Positions 37,599-46,542 are shown, numbered from the stretch's first letter. The stretch: DNA of 64,000 nt from Myxococcales bacterium (GCA_029880325.1 JAOUOP010000009.1:57012-121011), one strand, 5' to 3'. Numbers and translations are program-made. The notes: a model not told the origin generated them from the sequence alone.

Positions 37599-38124
37599 GG
37601 GCTCGCGTGGGAAGGGCGTCCAGGAATCGGACGGCTGTACAGACGGCGTTCTGACGCTCGGAATGCTGGAGGGCACACCAGGCGACCTCAGGGGCCGCCA
37701 CTGCCCCCTTTCCCGCGGTGTGGGTGCGCCAGGGCGCTTGCACCACATCACGCTCCCGACGCGGAGCCCCCACCACCGCGAACGCCGGCCACCGCCGGGG
37801 TCTGAAAAACGTCCTGGCAGCCCTTTCGAGTCTTCTTCGAGCTTGTTCGTCGGACCGGATTCGAGCGCGTATACCTCTGAAATCAAACGGAAAAATCCCA
37901 AGACAGGACAAGCACGTCCACACTCTGGAACCGACTTCAGCCGCCAGCAGGAGCGCGGCGAGCGCGCGTTCGAAAATGTTCACTGCGGGGGCCACCACCA
38001 CGCCAGTAGTCCCCCAAAATGGCGCTGCGAGGCTCCGCAACAGGTCCCCATCACGCCCGCCGGAGGCGCCCCGAAGATCTGGCACGACTCTTGAGATCAG
38101 AGACTGGACGAAGGGAGTTCGACC

Positions 38125-38796
38125 ATGCGATCTCAGAGCAAGCTAAACCTTGGGGAGGCCGAAGCACGGGAGGTGCTACGGCGCTACGAACCCGACGTCG
38201 AGAAGTTGGCCCAGCGTCTGCGGCCAGCGGTGGCGCGCGCGCGGGCCCTGGACCTGGATGACCTGCGAGCCGAAGGCCGCATCGCAGTGCTCGAAGCCAT
38301 CTCCTCCTACGGTGGATACGGCGTACCCGAGCGCACCTGGGTCCGCACCCGCGTCCGCCAACGCATGATCGACACCATTCGGCGCTTCGATATCCGCACT
38401 CGCGACGAGATCCGGCTGGCCATGAAATACGCTCACGGCGAGACCGAAAACGAGCAGGAACACGAGGCCGGACGCGCCGCCGCCTCGCGTCAGATGATGT
38501 CGCTGGATTGGACCGGAAGCGACGGCCGCTCGCTCATGTCGCGCCTGAGCAATGATCGCGACTGCACGAACGAGACCGGCCCAGAGCACGATGCCCACGT
38601 CCAGCGCCAACGCCAGCGCCTGATGGACGCCATCAGCGAGCTGTCACCGCGCCAGCAGCGGGTGCTGAAGTTCCGCCTGTTCTACGGCCTGTCCCTGCGC
38701 GAAGTGGGCGATCACCTGGCGATCACCGAGTCTCGTGCTTGTCAGCTCCAAAAGCGTGCCGTGGAGCGACTGAGCCAGGCGATGCGAGCGAGCTAA
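38125..38796 (+). CDS. Second FliA/WhiG-type (group 3) sigma factor
   Basis: Region 2 DLDDLRAEGRIAVLEAISSY...VRTRVRQRMIDTIRR. Region 4 LSPRQQRVLKFRLFYGLSLREVGDHLAITESRACQLQKRAVERL. GAAGGGAG Shine-Dalgarno upstream. Confidence 0.8.
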   Translation: MRSQSKLNLGEAEAREVLRRYEPDVEKLAQRLRPAVARARALDLDDLRAEGRIAVLEAISSYGGYGVPERTWVRTRVRQRMIDTIRRFDIRTRDEIRLAMKYAHGETENEQEHEAGRAAASRQMMSLDWTGSDGRSLMSRLSNDRDCTNETGPEHDAHVQRQRQRLMDAISELSPRQQRVLKFRLFYGLSLREVGDHLAITESRACQLQKRAVERLSQAMRAS

Positions 38797-38809
38797 GGTC
38801 GGAGGCAAC

Positions 38810-39475
38810 ATGAAGCGCTCGGGCGGCGCGCATGGAAGGACCACCTCACCGAAAGTGGGGAGCGATCTGGAGCTCATTGACCCGCACACCGGCGACGAAG
38901 TGACGCGGGCGGAACTCATCAGACTGAACGCCGGCGGCGATGGCTTGCTGCGCGTAGACGTAGATAACTTAGAGTTAGAAATTGGAACACAGATCGAAAT
39001 AGTTTTCGGCAACCCGGGTGACGCGCGCTACAGCGTCCCCGCAGCCGTTGAAAAACGCCATGGGCGCACGCTGTCGCTGCGACCGATCGCCCCCTGGAAT
39101 CGCGTCCAACAGCGGGCATACTTTCGCCTTCCGACGCCGGGCCTGACCGGCACAGTAGTGGCTCTTGGCCATGAAAGCGGCGAAGAACTCGACCGGACGT
39201 CGCGCTTCGAGACCCGCATCCTCGACCTCAGCGCTGGAGGCGCGGCCATCTGCAGCCCATTTCGGCTACGCGTCGAAAGCGCCGTTGCATTGGACCTGCG
39301 GCTCTCGGCCCACGAGTCGACCACGATGCAGGGTGAGGTGAGACGGGTGTGGACCACGCCTCGCAACGAGCCACGGGCGGGCATTCGCTTCGTCGATATT
39401 GACGACGAACTGCGACAACGCCTGACGCGCTGGATCTTCGAAGCCCAGGCGCGCCGCGCTCGGGGGGCCGGATAA
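38810..39475 (+). CDS. YcgR-like PilZ-domain c-di-GMP receptor
   Basis: RxxxR (QQRAYFRL) and D/NxSxxG (ILDLSAGGA) PilZ motifs in the C-terminal half. A beta-rich N-domain is also present. Adjacent to motor genes. Confidence 0.8.
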   Translation: MKRSGGAHGRTTSPKVGSDLELIDPHTGDEVTRAELIRLNAGGDGLLRVDVDNLELEIGTQIEIVFGNPGDARYSVPAAVEKRHGRTLSLRPIAPWNRVQQRAYFRLPTPGLTGTVVALGHESGEELDRTSRFETRILDLSAGGAAICSPFRLRVESAVALDLRLSAHESTTMQGEVRRVWTTPRNEPRAGIRFVDIDDELRQRLTRWIFEAQARRARGAG

Positions 39476-39605
39476 AATTCCCGCGGTGGTCGTGGCGTTG
39501 CCGGGTAAAGATCCGGGCGCTTCTGCCGAGTTATGTAGAGTACTGGGAGCAAAGTCGGGTGACACTTTCGAACGCCCCAAACTGCCCTGGGCCTGGGAGT
39601 CCTCT

Positions 39606-40061
39606 GTGAGCGAAGAATGGGTCAACAATACTATCGAGGGTATGCGCGAGATCGCGCAAGCACTCAATTTGGGTCACTGTGAGTTCATCTCCCGGGACGG
39701 CAAGCTATCGGAGGGACTGGCCGGCGCCTACATCCCCGTGGTCGGTGACCGCGCAAACGTCCAGCTCGCCGTGCTCTCGAGCGCGCAGGGCAACAGGAAC
39801 ATGGCTCGCAGCCTCTTGCAGATGGATCCCGACGACGCTGACCTGACCAGCGAAGACGTGGCCGACGCCGTGTGCGAGATCTCGAACATGCTGGCTGGCC
39901 GCGTCAAGGCAGGCATGGCCCAGAAGGAACCCGGCCTACGCCTGGGCCTGCCGGTATTCATCGACGGTCGGCTCGAAGAAGGCAACGCCAGGAAGGTCAA
40001 CATCGTTCAAATGTCAGTCGCCAACGATCGTGTCTCGGTCATGGTGATGACCAACGCCTGA
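39606..40061 (+). CDS. CheX/CheC-like chemotaxis phosphatase family protein
   Basis: 151 aa from GTG 39606 (GGAG 6 nt upstream). EDVADAVCEISNMLAGRVKAGM resembles the CheX E..N...G motif region. The track ORF begins at 39486. Confidence 0.55.
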   Translation: MSEEWVNNTIEGMREIAQALNLGHCEFISRDGKLSEGLAGAYIPVVGDRANVQLAVLSSAQGNRNMARSLLQMDPDDADLTSEDVADAVCEISNMLAGRVKAGMAQKEPGLRLGLPVFIDGRLEEGNARKVNIVQMSVANDRVSVMVMTNA

Positions 40062-40275
40062 CCTCGACGCTCCGCAGAGGCTCGGTCCAGTCGCCGTCAC
40101 GACAGCAGAAAGTGCGCGTGATGCGCGCGCGGGCGGTCGTCTCCACGACCCGCGGCGAGCGCAGGTAATCGATGGTGAGCGTGATGGTCTTGGGTACCTT
40201 GACGGTGTCGCTCTGCATCAGCAGCTTGAAGATGGCGGCGCTCTCCATCAGCGGGCCGGCGGCTGCCACGGTTCT

Positions 40276-41028
40276 TCAAATGCCGTCGTCGTGGCAGTGG
40301 GAGATGCCCAACAGCGGTGCGATGCAGACCATGCCCTCGGGACAGCTCAACAGCGGTGCGAAGAGCACCGGCGTGCAGTCGAGCTTGCAGTAGCCCGCAT
40401 CGCAGACGACGGTCGCGTCATAGCTGCCCGCGGGCATCGTGCAGTCGCCGGCGTCGACGCAGGTGGGCGCGCAGACGCTGGCGTTGGCGGGGAATCCGGG
40501 CGTGATGACGCACTCGGAGGCGTCGCCACAGTCGGCGGTCGCCGCACAGGGGCGGTAGGGATCTTCGACCACGGCGGGCTCACCACCGGCACCGCCGCTG
40601 CCGGCCTGCACCACGCCGCCGCTGCCACCGGTGCCGCCGGTAGAAGAGGTGCCGCCACCGGTGCCGCCGACGGCATCGACGCCGCCATCGTCATCGCTCG
40701 TGCCGCCGCCGGTCGGGGGCGGCCGCGTGCTGCTGCCGCGGTCGCTGCCAGCGCTCGACATGTCGTCGGCGCCGCCCGCATCCGGCTTCGTGGACGTGAT
40801 CTCACGCGGCAATGCAATCGCCGTGGCGCAGTCGCATGGCCCCCAGCGCCGGTCCTCACCGCACACGCGCGCGCCTTGTCCGAGGCTACCGCAGTCGCAC
40901 TGCAAGACCACCCCGGGCACGCCACAGCGCTCGAAGAGTTCACAGCCACTGAGCGCGAGCGACACCAGCGACAACCCCAAGAGCAAGCCGAGACGCCCGA
41001 AACGCCCGCGCGCTGCAACCCGTCTCAT
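40276..41028 (-). CDS. Cys-rich secreted lipoprotein with Gly/Thr/Ser linker
   Basis: Signal LGLSLVSLALSGC (lipobox). An N-terminal Cys cluster, a GGTSDDDGG...GGTGGGTSSTGGTGGSGG linker and a C-terminal multi-Cys domain. Confidence 0.75.
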   Translation of the reverse strand: MRRVAARGRFGRLGLLLGLSLVSLALSGCELFERCGVPGVVLQCDCGSLGQGARVCGEDRRWGPCDCATAIALPREITSTKPDAGGADDMSSAGSDRGSSTRPPPTGGGTSDDDGGVDAVGGTGGGTSSTGGTGGSGGVVQAGSGGAGGEPAVVEDPYRPCAATADCGDASECVITPGFPANASVCAPTCVDAGDCTMPAGSYDATVVCDAGYCKLDCTPVLFAPLLSCPEGMVCIAPLLGISHCHDDGI

Positions 41029-41597
41029 GGCGCCTCCTCGCTCTGCGTTTCGCCGCTGAAGACCCAGCGGGCCAGGGCCTGGTAGCCGCTATCCTGATCG
41101 GTGCGGTAGATGTCGCGATCGTATGGGTCGACTCCGAAGTGACCGGCGCCACCGGCCTCCACGGCCAGGGGCTTGCGCAACAGCGGCGAGCTGTCGAGCG
41201 CGTTTTCGTCGATCATGGAACGGGCCAGCGAATGGGTGGTCGAGATCTCGGCGCCGGTGGGCTGGTCGAGCGCACCGGGGGTCTCGGTCTCCCCCGGCAG
41301 CCGCACCCGACCCGGACCGTAGACGCGGAAGAAGCGACCGCGGTCACCGTGGCAGGAGGGAAAGCCGCAGTCGCGCAAGAGCACGGGATAGACCTCGCGC
41401 TGGAATTGACCGAAGTCGCGCTTGACCATGCCCTCGGCGACGGCGTCGGACTGGCTGCAGGCCGGCACCGCGAGCACGCCCCACAAGAATACGAGCAAGC
41501 CCGCGATGGACCGGCCGGGTCGGCCCGGTGCGGCCGTTCGCGCGATGTTCACCGGACCCCAAAGCCCCTTGTCTTCGCGTCGAGACATGGCGGTCAT
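41025..41597 (-). CDS. Lipoprotein with CX4CH heme-like motif
   Basis: ATG 41597 forms an ATGA overlap with the upstream stop. Signal LLVFLWGVLAVPAC. Contains YPVLLRDCGFPSCHGD. Confidence 0.6.
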   Translation of the reverse strand: MTAMSRREDKGLWGPVNIARTAAPGRPGRSIAGLLVFLWGVLAVPACSQSDAVAEGMVKRDFGQFQREVYPVLLRDCGFPSCHGDRGRFFRVYGPGRVRLPGETETPGALDQPTGAEISTTHSLARSMIDENALDSSPLLRKPLAVEAGGAGHFGVDPYDRDIYRTDQDSGYQALARWVFSGETQSEEAP

Positions 41598-42391
41598 GGC
41601 TCCCATGCGAGGCGGGCGATCAGCAGGCGCTCCACGCTCTTGAAACGCCAGCCCCCGAGCGGCGCGAACGCGTGATTTTGGCGAAAGGCGATCGAGGCGC
41701 GAAAGGACGAACCGACCAGGGCGTCGAGTTCCCCGCGGCCACCGGCGGCGAAGCCCTGGCAGCAGGCTCCCTCGTCGGCCAGCTCGGAACTCATCCATGC
41801 GATCCACTGTAGCTCGGGTCCGACGCGAAGCGAGACGACGTCACCAAATCGCGCGCGCAGCTCGGCCCGGGCGCTGGGGCCGCCGAACTGGATCGGCTCC
41901 ACGCTGTACTGGCCGACCGTGGGCGCAAAGCTCAGCATCGACAGCCCGATGGGAATCGCAAGCCTCAGGGCCTCGGCCGTGGCGCCGAGCCGGATCACGG
42001 GCGCCAACGTGAACTCACCGCGCTGAAAGCGCGCGGGCACCTCCTCCGGCAGCCCGAAGAGCGGCTCGACACGCATCGTCAGCCCGAGCGAGCTGGCGTA
42101 GTTCAGGGCGATGTCGAGGGAAAACTGGCGCCTGGGCTGCACGTGCACCCCCAGGGCCACCTCTGCGGCGCCGAAGACGGTGGTGGGCATCAGCTCAACC
42201 CCGGCTCCCGCCGGCCGCTCGTAGGCGAGGCTGCCAAAGCCAAGGCCGGCGCTGCTGCGCAGTTGGAGCGCGCGCTGGGGCTCCGAGACCGAGGCCGCGG
42301 CCGAGACCGCCGAAGCGTCCTGGGCCACGGCAACACCGACGCACGACAGCGCCATCAGCAACGACCCAAGCCACAAGCCGCGCGTGCTCAT
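41594..42391 (-). CDS. Predicted outer-membrane beta-barrel protein
   Basis: Signal peptide ending VAVAQD and an alternating hydrophobic beta-strand pattern throughout. No family recognised. Confidence 0.45.
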   Translation of the reverse strand: MSTRGLWLGSLLMALSCVGVAVAQDASAVSAAASVSEPQRALQLRSSAGLGFGSLAYERPAGAGVELMPTTVFGAAEVALGVHVQPRRQFSLDIALNYASSLGLTMRVEPLFGLPEEVPARFQRGEFTLAPVIRLGATAEALRLAIPIGLSMLSFAPTVGQYSVEPIQFGGPSARAELRARFGDVVSLRVGPELQWIAWMSSELADEGACCQGFAAGGRGELDALVGSSFRASIAFRQNHAFAPLGGWRFKSVERLLIARLAWEP

Positions 42392-43545
42392 AGCGACAGC
42401 TCCGTCGCGATCGTGGCCTCGATGGCGCTGACGTCGTCGAGCAGCGCGAAGGCATCGTAGAGGTAGTAGCTGGGCGAGATGCGCAGGGCGATCCCAAGCT
42501 CGCTGCCCAGCTCGTCCAGGGCGGTGCGCTTGGAAAGCTCCAGCGCCAGGCGGTGGCTGGAGAGGGCCGACAGCTCTTTGTCGCCGGTGTAATAGGCGCC
42601 GGCGTAGTCGGCCGGATAGAGCGACTCGAAGTGGGCGGCGCTGCCCTGGGTGTAGAAGCGATAGGCGGCCGACACCAACCAGCCTTCGCCAAAGCCGAAG
42701 GCGGCGTCGGCGTCCAGCGTGTGCGACATCAACTCCCAGTCATCGATGTAGAAACGGTAACCGAGTCCGGCCGAGAGCCCATCGCTGAGCGCATGGCGGC
42801 CGCTGAGGGCAAGCGCGTGGCGCAGGCGCGTATTGGGGTTGTTCTCGGGCTTGCAGGCCTTCACCGGCAGCACGCAGCCGCCGAGCCACGCCTGGGGCGT
42901 TTCGCCAAAGCGCACGGAGCGATAGGGACTGGCCTGGTAGCCTTCGAGATGGGTCAGCTCGTAGGCGGCGCTGACAAAGGCCTCGGGCGTGAGCACCTGA
43001 TTGAACGACGCCCGCATGCCGAGCTGGCGCAGGGGTCGGTCGAAGCTCGGATCGCCCGCGCGCCCGACGCGATCGAAATAGGCTCGGGCCGTCAGCGCCA
43101 GCGTGGTCGCCTTTTCGGCCAGGCTCTGCGACAGGCCCAGGCTACCGCCGTGGGACTCGTAGTCGTATTCGACGGAGTAACGGTAGGAAGCGCCCAGGAT
43201 GCTATCGCCCAGACCGTGCTCGGCGCTGACGTCGATCTCGTCGCGCTGCTCCACCACGTATTTGTAGTTGCCGCGGGCGTCGAGGGAGGCCGCGGTGCGC
43301 ACGTCGATGGAGGCGCTGCTCCAGACGTCGACGGTGTAGACCAGGTCCAGGCGCGAGCTCTCAGCGAGCGGGGCACCCACGCGCAGCCGCGGCGTGACCA
43401 CGGTGGTGTTGTCGGTGTCGGAGCGCACGTATAGCGCGGTGCTCGCCTGGGTGGGATTGCTCTCCTGGGCGAGCCCCGGAGCACAGACGGCCAGCACGAG
43501 CGAGGCCAACGGCGCCGCCGCGAGCATCCGCGACTCAGTTGCCAA
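42388..43545 (-). CDS. DUF3570-like outer-membrane barrel protein
   Basis: Signal peptide, then ALYVRSDTDNTTVVTPRLRV and repeated Y/F-rich strands ending ...ATIATELSL. The family name is recalled from its usual pairing with DUF4266. Confidence 0.5.
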   Translation of the reverse strand: MATESRMLAAAPLASLVLAVCAPGLAQESNPTQASTALYVRSDTDNTTVVTPRLRVGAPLAESSRLDLVYTVDVWSSASIDVRTAASLDARGNYKYVVEQRDEIDVSAEHGLGDSILGASYRYSVEYDYESHGGSLGLSQSLAEKATTLALTARAYFDRVGRAGDPSFDRPLRQLGMRASFNQVLTPEAFVSAAYELTHLEGYQASPYRSVRFGETPQAWLGGCVLPVKACKPENNPNTRLRHALALSGRHALSDGLSAGLGYRFYIDDWELMSHTLDADAAFGFGEGWLVSAAYRFYTQGSAAHFESLYPADYAGAYYTGDKELSALSSHRLALELSKRTALDELGSELGIALRISPSYYLYDAFALLDDVSAIEATIATELSL

Positions 43546-45241
43546 GCTGGCCCTCCTCGGACGCGGGCGCCCAGCTCAGGTGACCGCTGTCGATGGCCCC
43601 TTCGACGTCGACCGCCAGGTCCTGCTCGTAGCCCTCCCAGGCCTTGGAAAACTCGAAGCTCTGCAGCTCGCCGGGTTCCTTGTCGGACTCGGCCACTTCC
43701 AGAAAGAGCATGTAGCGGCCATCGGGCACGGGCATGCCGTCGAGGTCGAGCCCGCGCCACAGACCCAGGTGCTCTTTGTCGTGGTCGGGCCGGGTGGCGC
43801 CCGTCATCACGTCGGGTCCGGTCTTCTCGGGGCAGGCGTGGTCCTGGTAGTAGACCAGGCCCGGCAAACGCAGCACGGCGCTGAGCTCGATGGTGGCGAC
43901 GTAGTGACCGTCCTCGGTCTCGATCCAGACGGCGGTGCAATTCTTCGGCGCGTAGCGGCCGCCGAGCGAGCGCGTGGTGAAGCTCAGGGTCAGCACGCCC
44001 TCCGTAATGACGCCGGCATCGGGCGGCAGGGCCAGGGGCTTGCAGCGATCACCCAGGCCCGCACCGGGCGTGGGCGTGTCGGTGGGATCGCTGGCGCCCA
44101 GCCGACTGCCGGGCGTGTAGAGCCCCGCGCTCGGATAGGCAGTTGGCTTGACCGGCGGGTCGTCCAACTCACAGCCAAACAAACCCAATGACAAGCCCCA
44201 TGACAAGCCCCATGACAAACCCCATGACAAACCCAATAACAAACCCAGCATCCGCGAACGCGAAGGGGCCGTCGGGCGCCAGAGCCGCCGTCCCGGCGCG
44301 CGACGCCACACCCTCAGCAGGCCCAGCGCCGCCAGCAGGGCAAACCACGGACCGTCCGCACTCGAGTTCACCGGGCCCAGCGAGCAACCGCCGCGCAACA
44401 CGCGCTGGTACTTTCCCGCCTCCGACGAACGCTCCAGGATGGGAATGGTGACCTCGTCGACCGAATCGCGGTCGAAGCTACCCGAGAGGGCTTCGGTCGC
44501 GACAAAGCCGGCGGAAAACCAGATCGGCCCTTCCCAGCTCGACGGAGCCGTCCAGCGCATTCGAACCTGATGGGCGCCGCAGGAGTTGAGCGCCACCACA
44601 CAACGCTGGCCCAGCTGGCGCGATTCACAACGCATGATGCCGGTGGAGTCGGGCTTGATGCGCCGGGCCGGCAACCCGGGGCGTACCTGGTAGAGGTTGA
44701 CCCCGAGACGTGGCTTGAGGTTCGGCCGCGTCATCTCGCACAGCTCATCGGGCCCGGCGGCGGACGCATCGATCTCGATGCTGCCCGAGGCCTTGCCACT
44801 TTCGGCCACCAGCTCCGCAACCAATCCCACCGCCGGTGTCATCGCCTCGGGGTCGTGGGGCTGGGTGGGATCGGGCCGGAGTTCGCGCCAGCGGGCGGCG
44901 AATTCTGGCCAACTCAGGGCGATCTCCTGCTGCTGGCCGGGCTCGTAGCCAGTCAGGGGCAGCCCCGCAACGTAGAGCGGAAACTCGCGCAGCCCGGGGC
45001 TCGCCTGGTGGCAGACGCTGCAGCTGAAGCCTTCCGCCGGCGATCCCGTGAACCAGCGGCCACCACCACCGCCGGCCGAAGCCAGCTCCGCATAGGCGTC
45101 GGGTGTGGAGTAGGCCTGGGCCGGAGCGCTGCTCAGGACCGTGAGCGCCACGGGCACGAGGGACACCACAAACGCCGCAAACACCGACCGGCGAAGTCGG
45201 AACTCGGGACAGCGCACAAGGTTTCCGTGCGGGCTTCGCAT
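43535..45241 (-). CDS. Composite ORF: CXXCH protein with MYXO-CTERM-like sorting tail, read through into a DUF2271-like lipoprotein
   Basis: aa 1-320 carry a signal peptide, SCSVCH and the tail GGCSLGPVNSSADGPWFALLAALGLLRVWRR. aa 331-568 begin MLGLLLGLSWGLSWGLSWGLSLGLFGC (ATG 44251). They then contain YAPKNCTAVWIETEDGHYVATI...DVMTGATRP...VPDGRYMLFLEVAE. There is no stop between the two parts. Confidence 0.6.
   Translation of the reverse strand: MRSPHGNLVRCPEFRLRRSVFAAFVVSLVPVALTVLSSAPAQAYSTPDAYAELASAGGGGGRWFTGSPAEGFSCSVCHQASPGLREFPLYVAGLPLTGYEPGQQQEIALSWPEFAARWRELRPDPTQPHDPEAMTPAVGLVAELVAESGKASGSIEIDASAAGPDELCEMTRPNLKPRLGVNLYQVRPGLPARRIKPDSTGIMRCESRQLGQRCVVALNSCGAHQVRMRWTAPSSWEGPIWFSAGFVATEALSGSFDRDSVDEVTIPILERSSEAGKYQRVLRGGCSLGPVNSSADGPWFALLAALGLLRVWRRAPGRRLWRPTAPSRSRMLGLLLGLSWGLSWGLSWGLSLGLFGCELDDPPVKPTAYPSAGLYTPGSRLGASDPTDTPTPGAGLGDRCKPLALPPDAGVITEGVLTLSFTTRSLGGRYAPKNCTAVWIETEDGHYVATIELSAVLRLPGLVYYQDHACPEKTGPDVMTGATRPDHDKEHLGLWRGLDLDGMPVPDGRYMLFLEVAESDKEPGELQSFEFSKAWEGYEQDLAVDVEGAIDSGHLSWAPASEEGQLGN
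44184..44243. repeat. 12-bp tandem repeat, about 5 copies, coding (LSWG)n
   Basis: Plus strand cccaatgacaag / ccccatgacaag / ccccatgacaaa / ccccatgacaaa / cccaataacaaa. The repeat lies in-frame inside the internal signal peptide. Confidence 0.9.
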
Positions 45242-45294
45242 GGCAGCTCGGGGCCGGAGTCAGGGGGCGATTCGATCGTCGGGCGCGGACTCGA

Positions 45295-46542
45295 TCACGG
45301 CGCGGCAAGCGCGTTGATCCACGCCTCGACGGCTTTGATGCCCTCGGTGTCTACCACGCGGGAGCCGATGGGCGGCATCTGATCCTTGGGATTAGCGGGG
45401 TCGCGCATGCTGATGAGCTGGTAGAGCAGGCTGTCGGCCGCCGAGCCCGCCACGATGCGGGTTCCGTCGCTCCAGCGCGGGGTCTGGGCCGGCACGCCGA
45501 TGGTCGAAGTCAGCGCCTCGAAGTCCACCGGCGAGCGCCCGTCGAGGGCCTCCGGGGGCAGTCGCAGCCGCAGGTCGGAGGAGTAGCCCTCTGAAGCCGG
45601 GTTGCCGTTGTGGCAACTTACGCCGCAGTTGACGTGCAGATACCCCAGCGCTGCCACGCCCACGCCCGTGCCGTCGTCACCCAGCTCGAAGCTCTCGTCG
45701 CCGGGCGGCTCGGTCAGCAGGTCGTCGGCCTTTAGATCGGCCAGGCTCAGCCCCTCGGCTCCCGGCAGCGCCATCAGCACGCGCTCGAGGCCGAGCGCCC
45801 GGTCGGTGCGACCCTTGTGGCATTGGTCGCATTCCTTGGCGCTGGGGATGTAATAGGTGTCGCCGGCCACATCGACCTCGCCGCCGGCAAAGCGGGTGGC
45901 CTCGGTCTCGTCGTCGTTCCAGTGGTAGGAGGTCTTGAGCCAGAGCGTCGGGCTGACCTTCCAGTACAGGCGCGTCTCGACGCGCTTACCCTTCCACTTG
46001 AACTCCTTGAACATGCGCGTGTCGACGGGAAGCACCCAGGCGTCGGGGTCGGAGTTGTCGATCTTCGAGCCCTCCGGCAGGTAGACCCAGCGCTGCTTCT
46101 CGGCCCCGTCGGACCACAGCTTGTAGGCCGGGGTGAAGGGGCGAACGCCGGCGGCCAGCTCCTTGCTGCCAATGTCGGCGTAGAGCCCGGCGCAGGAGAG
46201 GGTCTCGTGGACCATGTTCACCGCCGGGTCGGGGCAGCCGGCCGGGGCCGGGGCGATGGTTCCGCCGCCACTTGCGGCGCTGTCTCCGCCGCCGCCACTC
46301 GAACTCGAGCCGCTGCCGCCACCCGAACTCGCCGTGGCTTCGCCGCCGCTGCCGCCGCTCCCCGAGCCGCTCGAATCACCATCCGCGGAGGCCGAGGTGC
46401 CGCCGTCCTTGCCGCGGCCGGCGCGGGCGGCGCTGGCGTCCCCGTCGCTGTCTTGATCGGTGGACTTGGCGCAGCCGTGCGTCCCCGCCCAGGTCAGCAG
46501 AGAAATGACGAGTGCCAAGATCGGCGTCCGACTCCAGCTCAC
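45295..46542 (-). CDS. Lipoprotein, diheme c-type cytochrome-like (SO_2930-family-like)
   Basis: GTG start. Signal ...LLTWAGTHGC and a Gly/Ser linker. LWSDGAEKQRWVYLPEGS...ETRLYWKV...SYHWNDDETEA. Heme motifs CDQCH and CGVSCH. Confidence 0.6.
   Translation of the reverse strand: MSWSRTPILALVISLLTWAGTHGCAKSTDQDSDGDASAARAGRGKDGGTSASADGDSSGSGSGGSGGEATASSGGGSGSSSSGGGGDSAASGGGTIAPAPAGCPDPAVNMVHETLSCAGLYADIGSKELAAGVRPFTPAYKLWSDGAEKQRWVYLPEGSKIDNSDPDAWVLPVDTRMFKEFKWKGKRVETRLYWKVSPTLWLKTSYHWNDDETEATRFAGGEVDVAGDTYYIPSAKECDQCHKGRTDRALGLERVLMALPGAEGLSLADLKADDLLTEPPGDESFELGDDGTGVGVAALGYLHVNCGVSCHNGNPASEGYSSDLRLRLPPEALDGRSPVDFEALTSTIGVPAQTPRWSDGTRIVAGSAADSLLYQLISMRDPANPKDQMPPIGSRVVDTEGIKAVEAWINALAAP

Noticed and set aside
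37452-38146. Four overlapping ORFs (149-203 aa) in the spacer before the second sigma gene.
   Set aside because: They are mutually overlapping on both strands, with no codon-position GC bias, no motifs and locally lower GC. The region was treated as non-coding and flagged as a finding instead.
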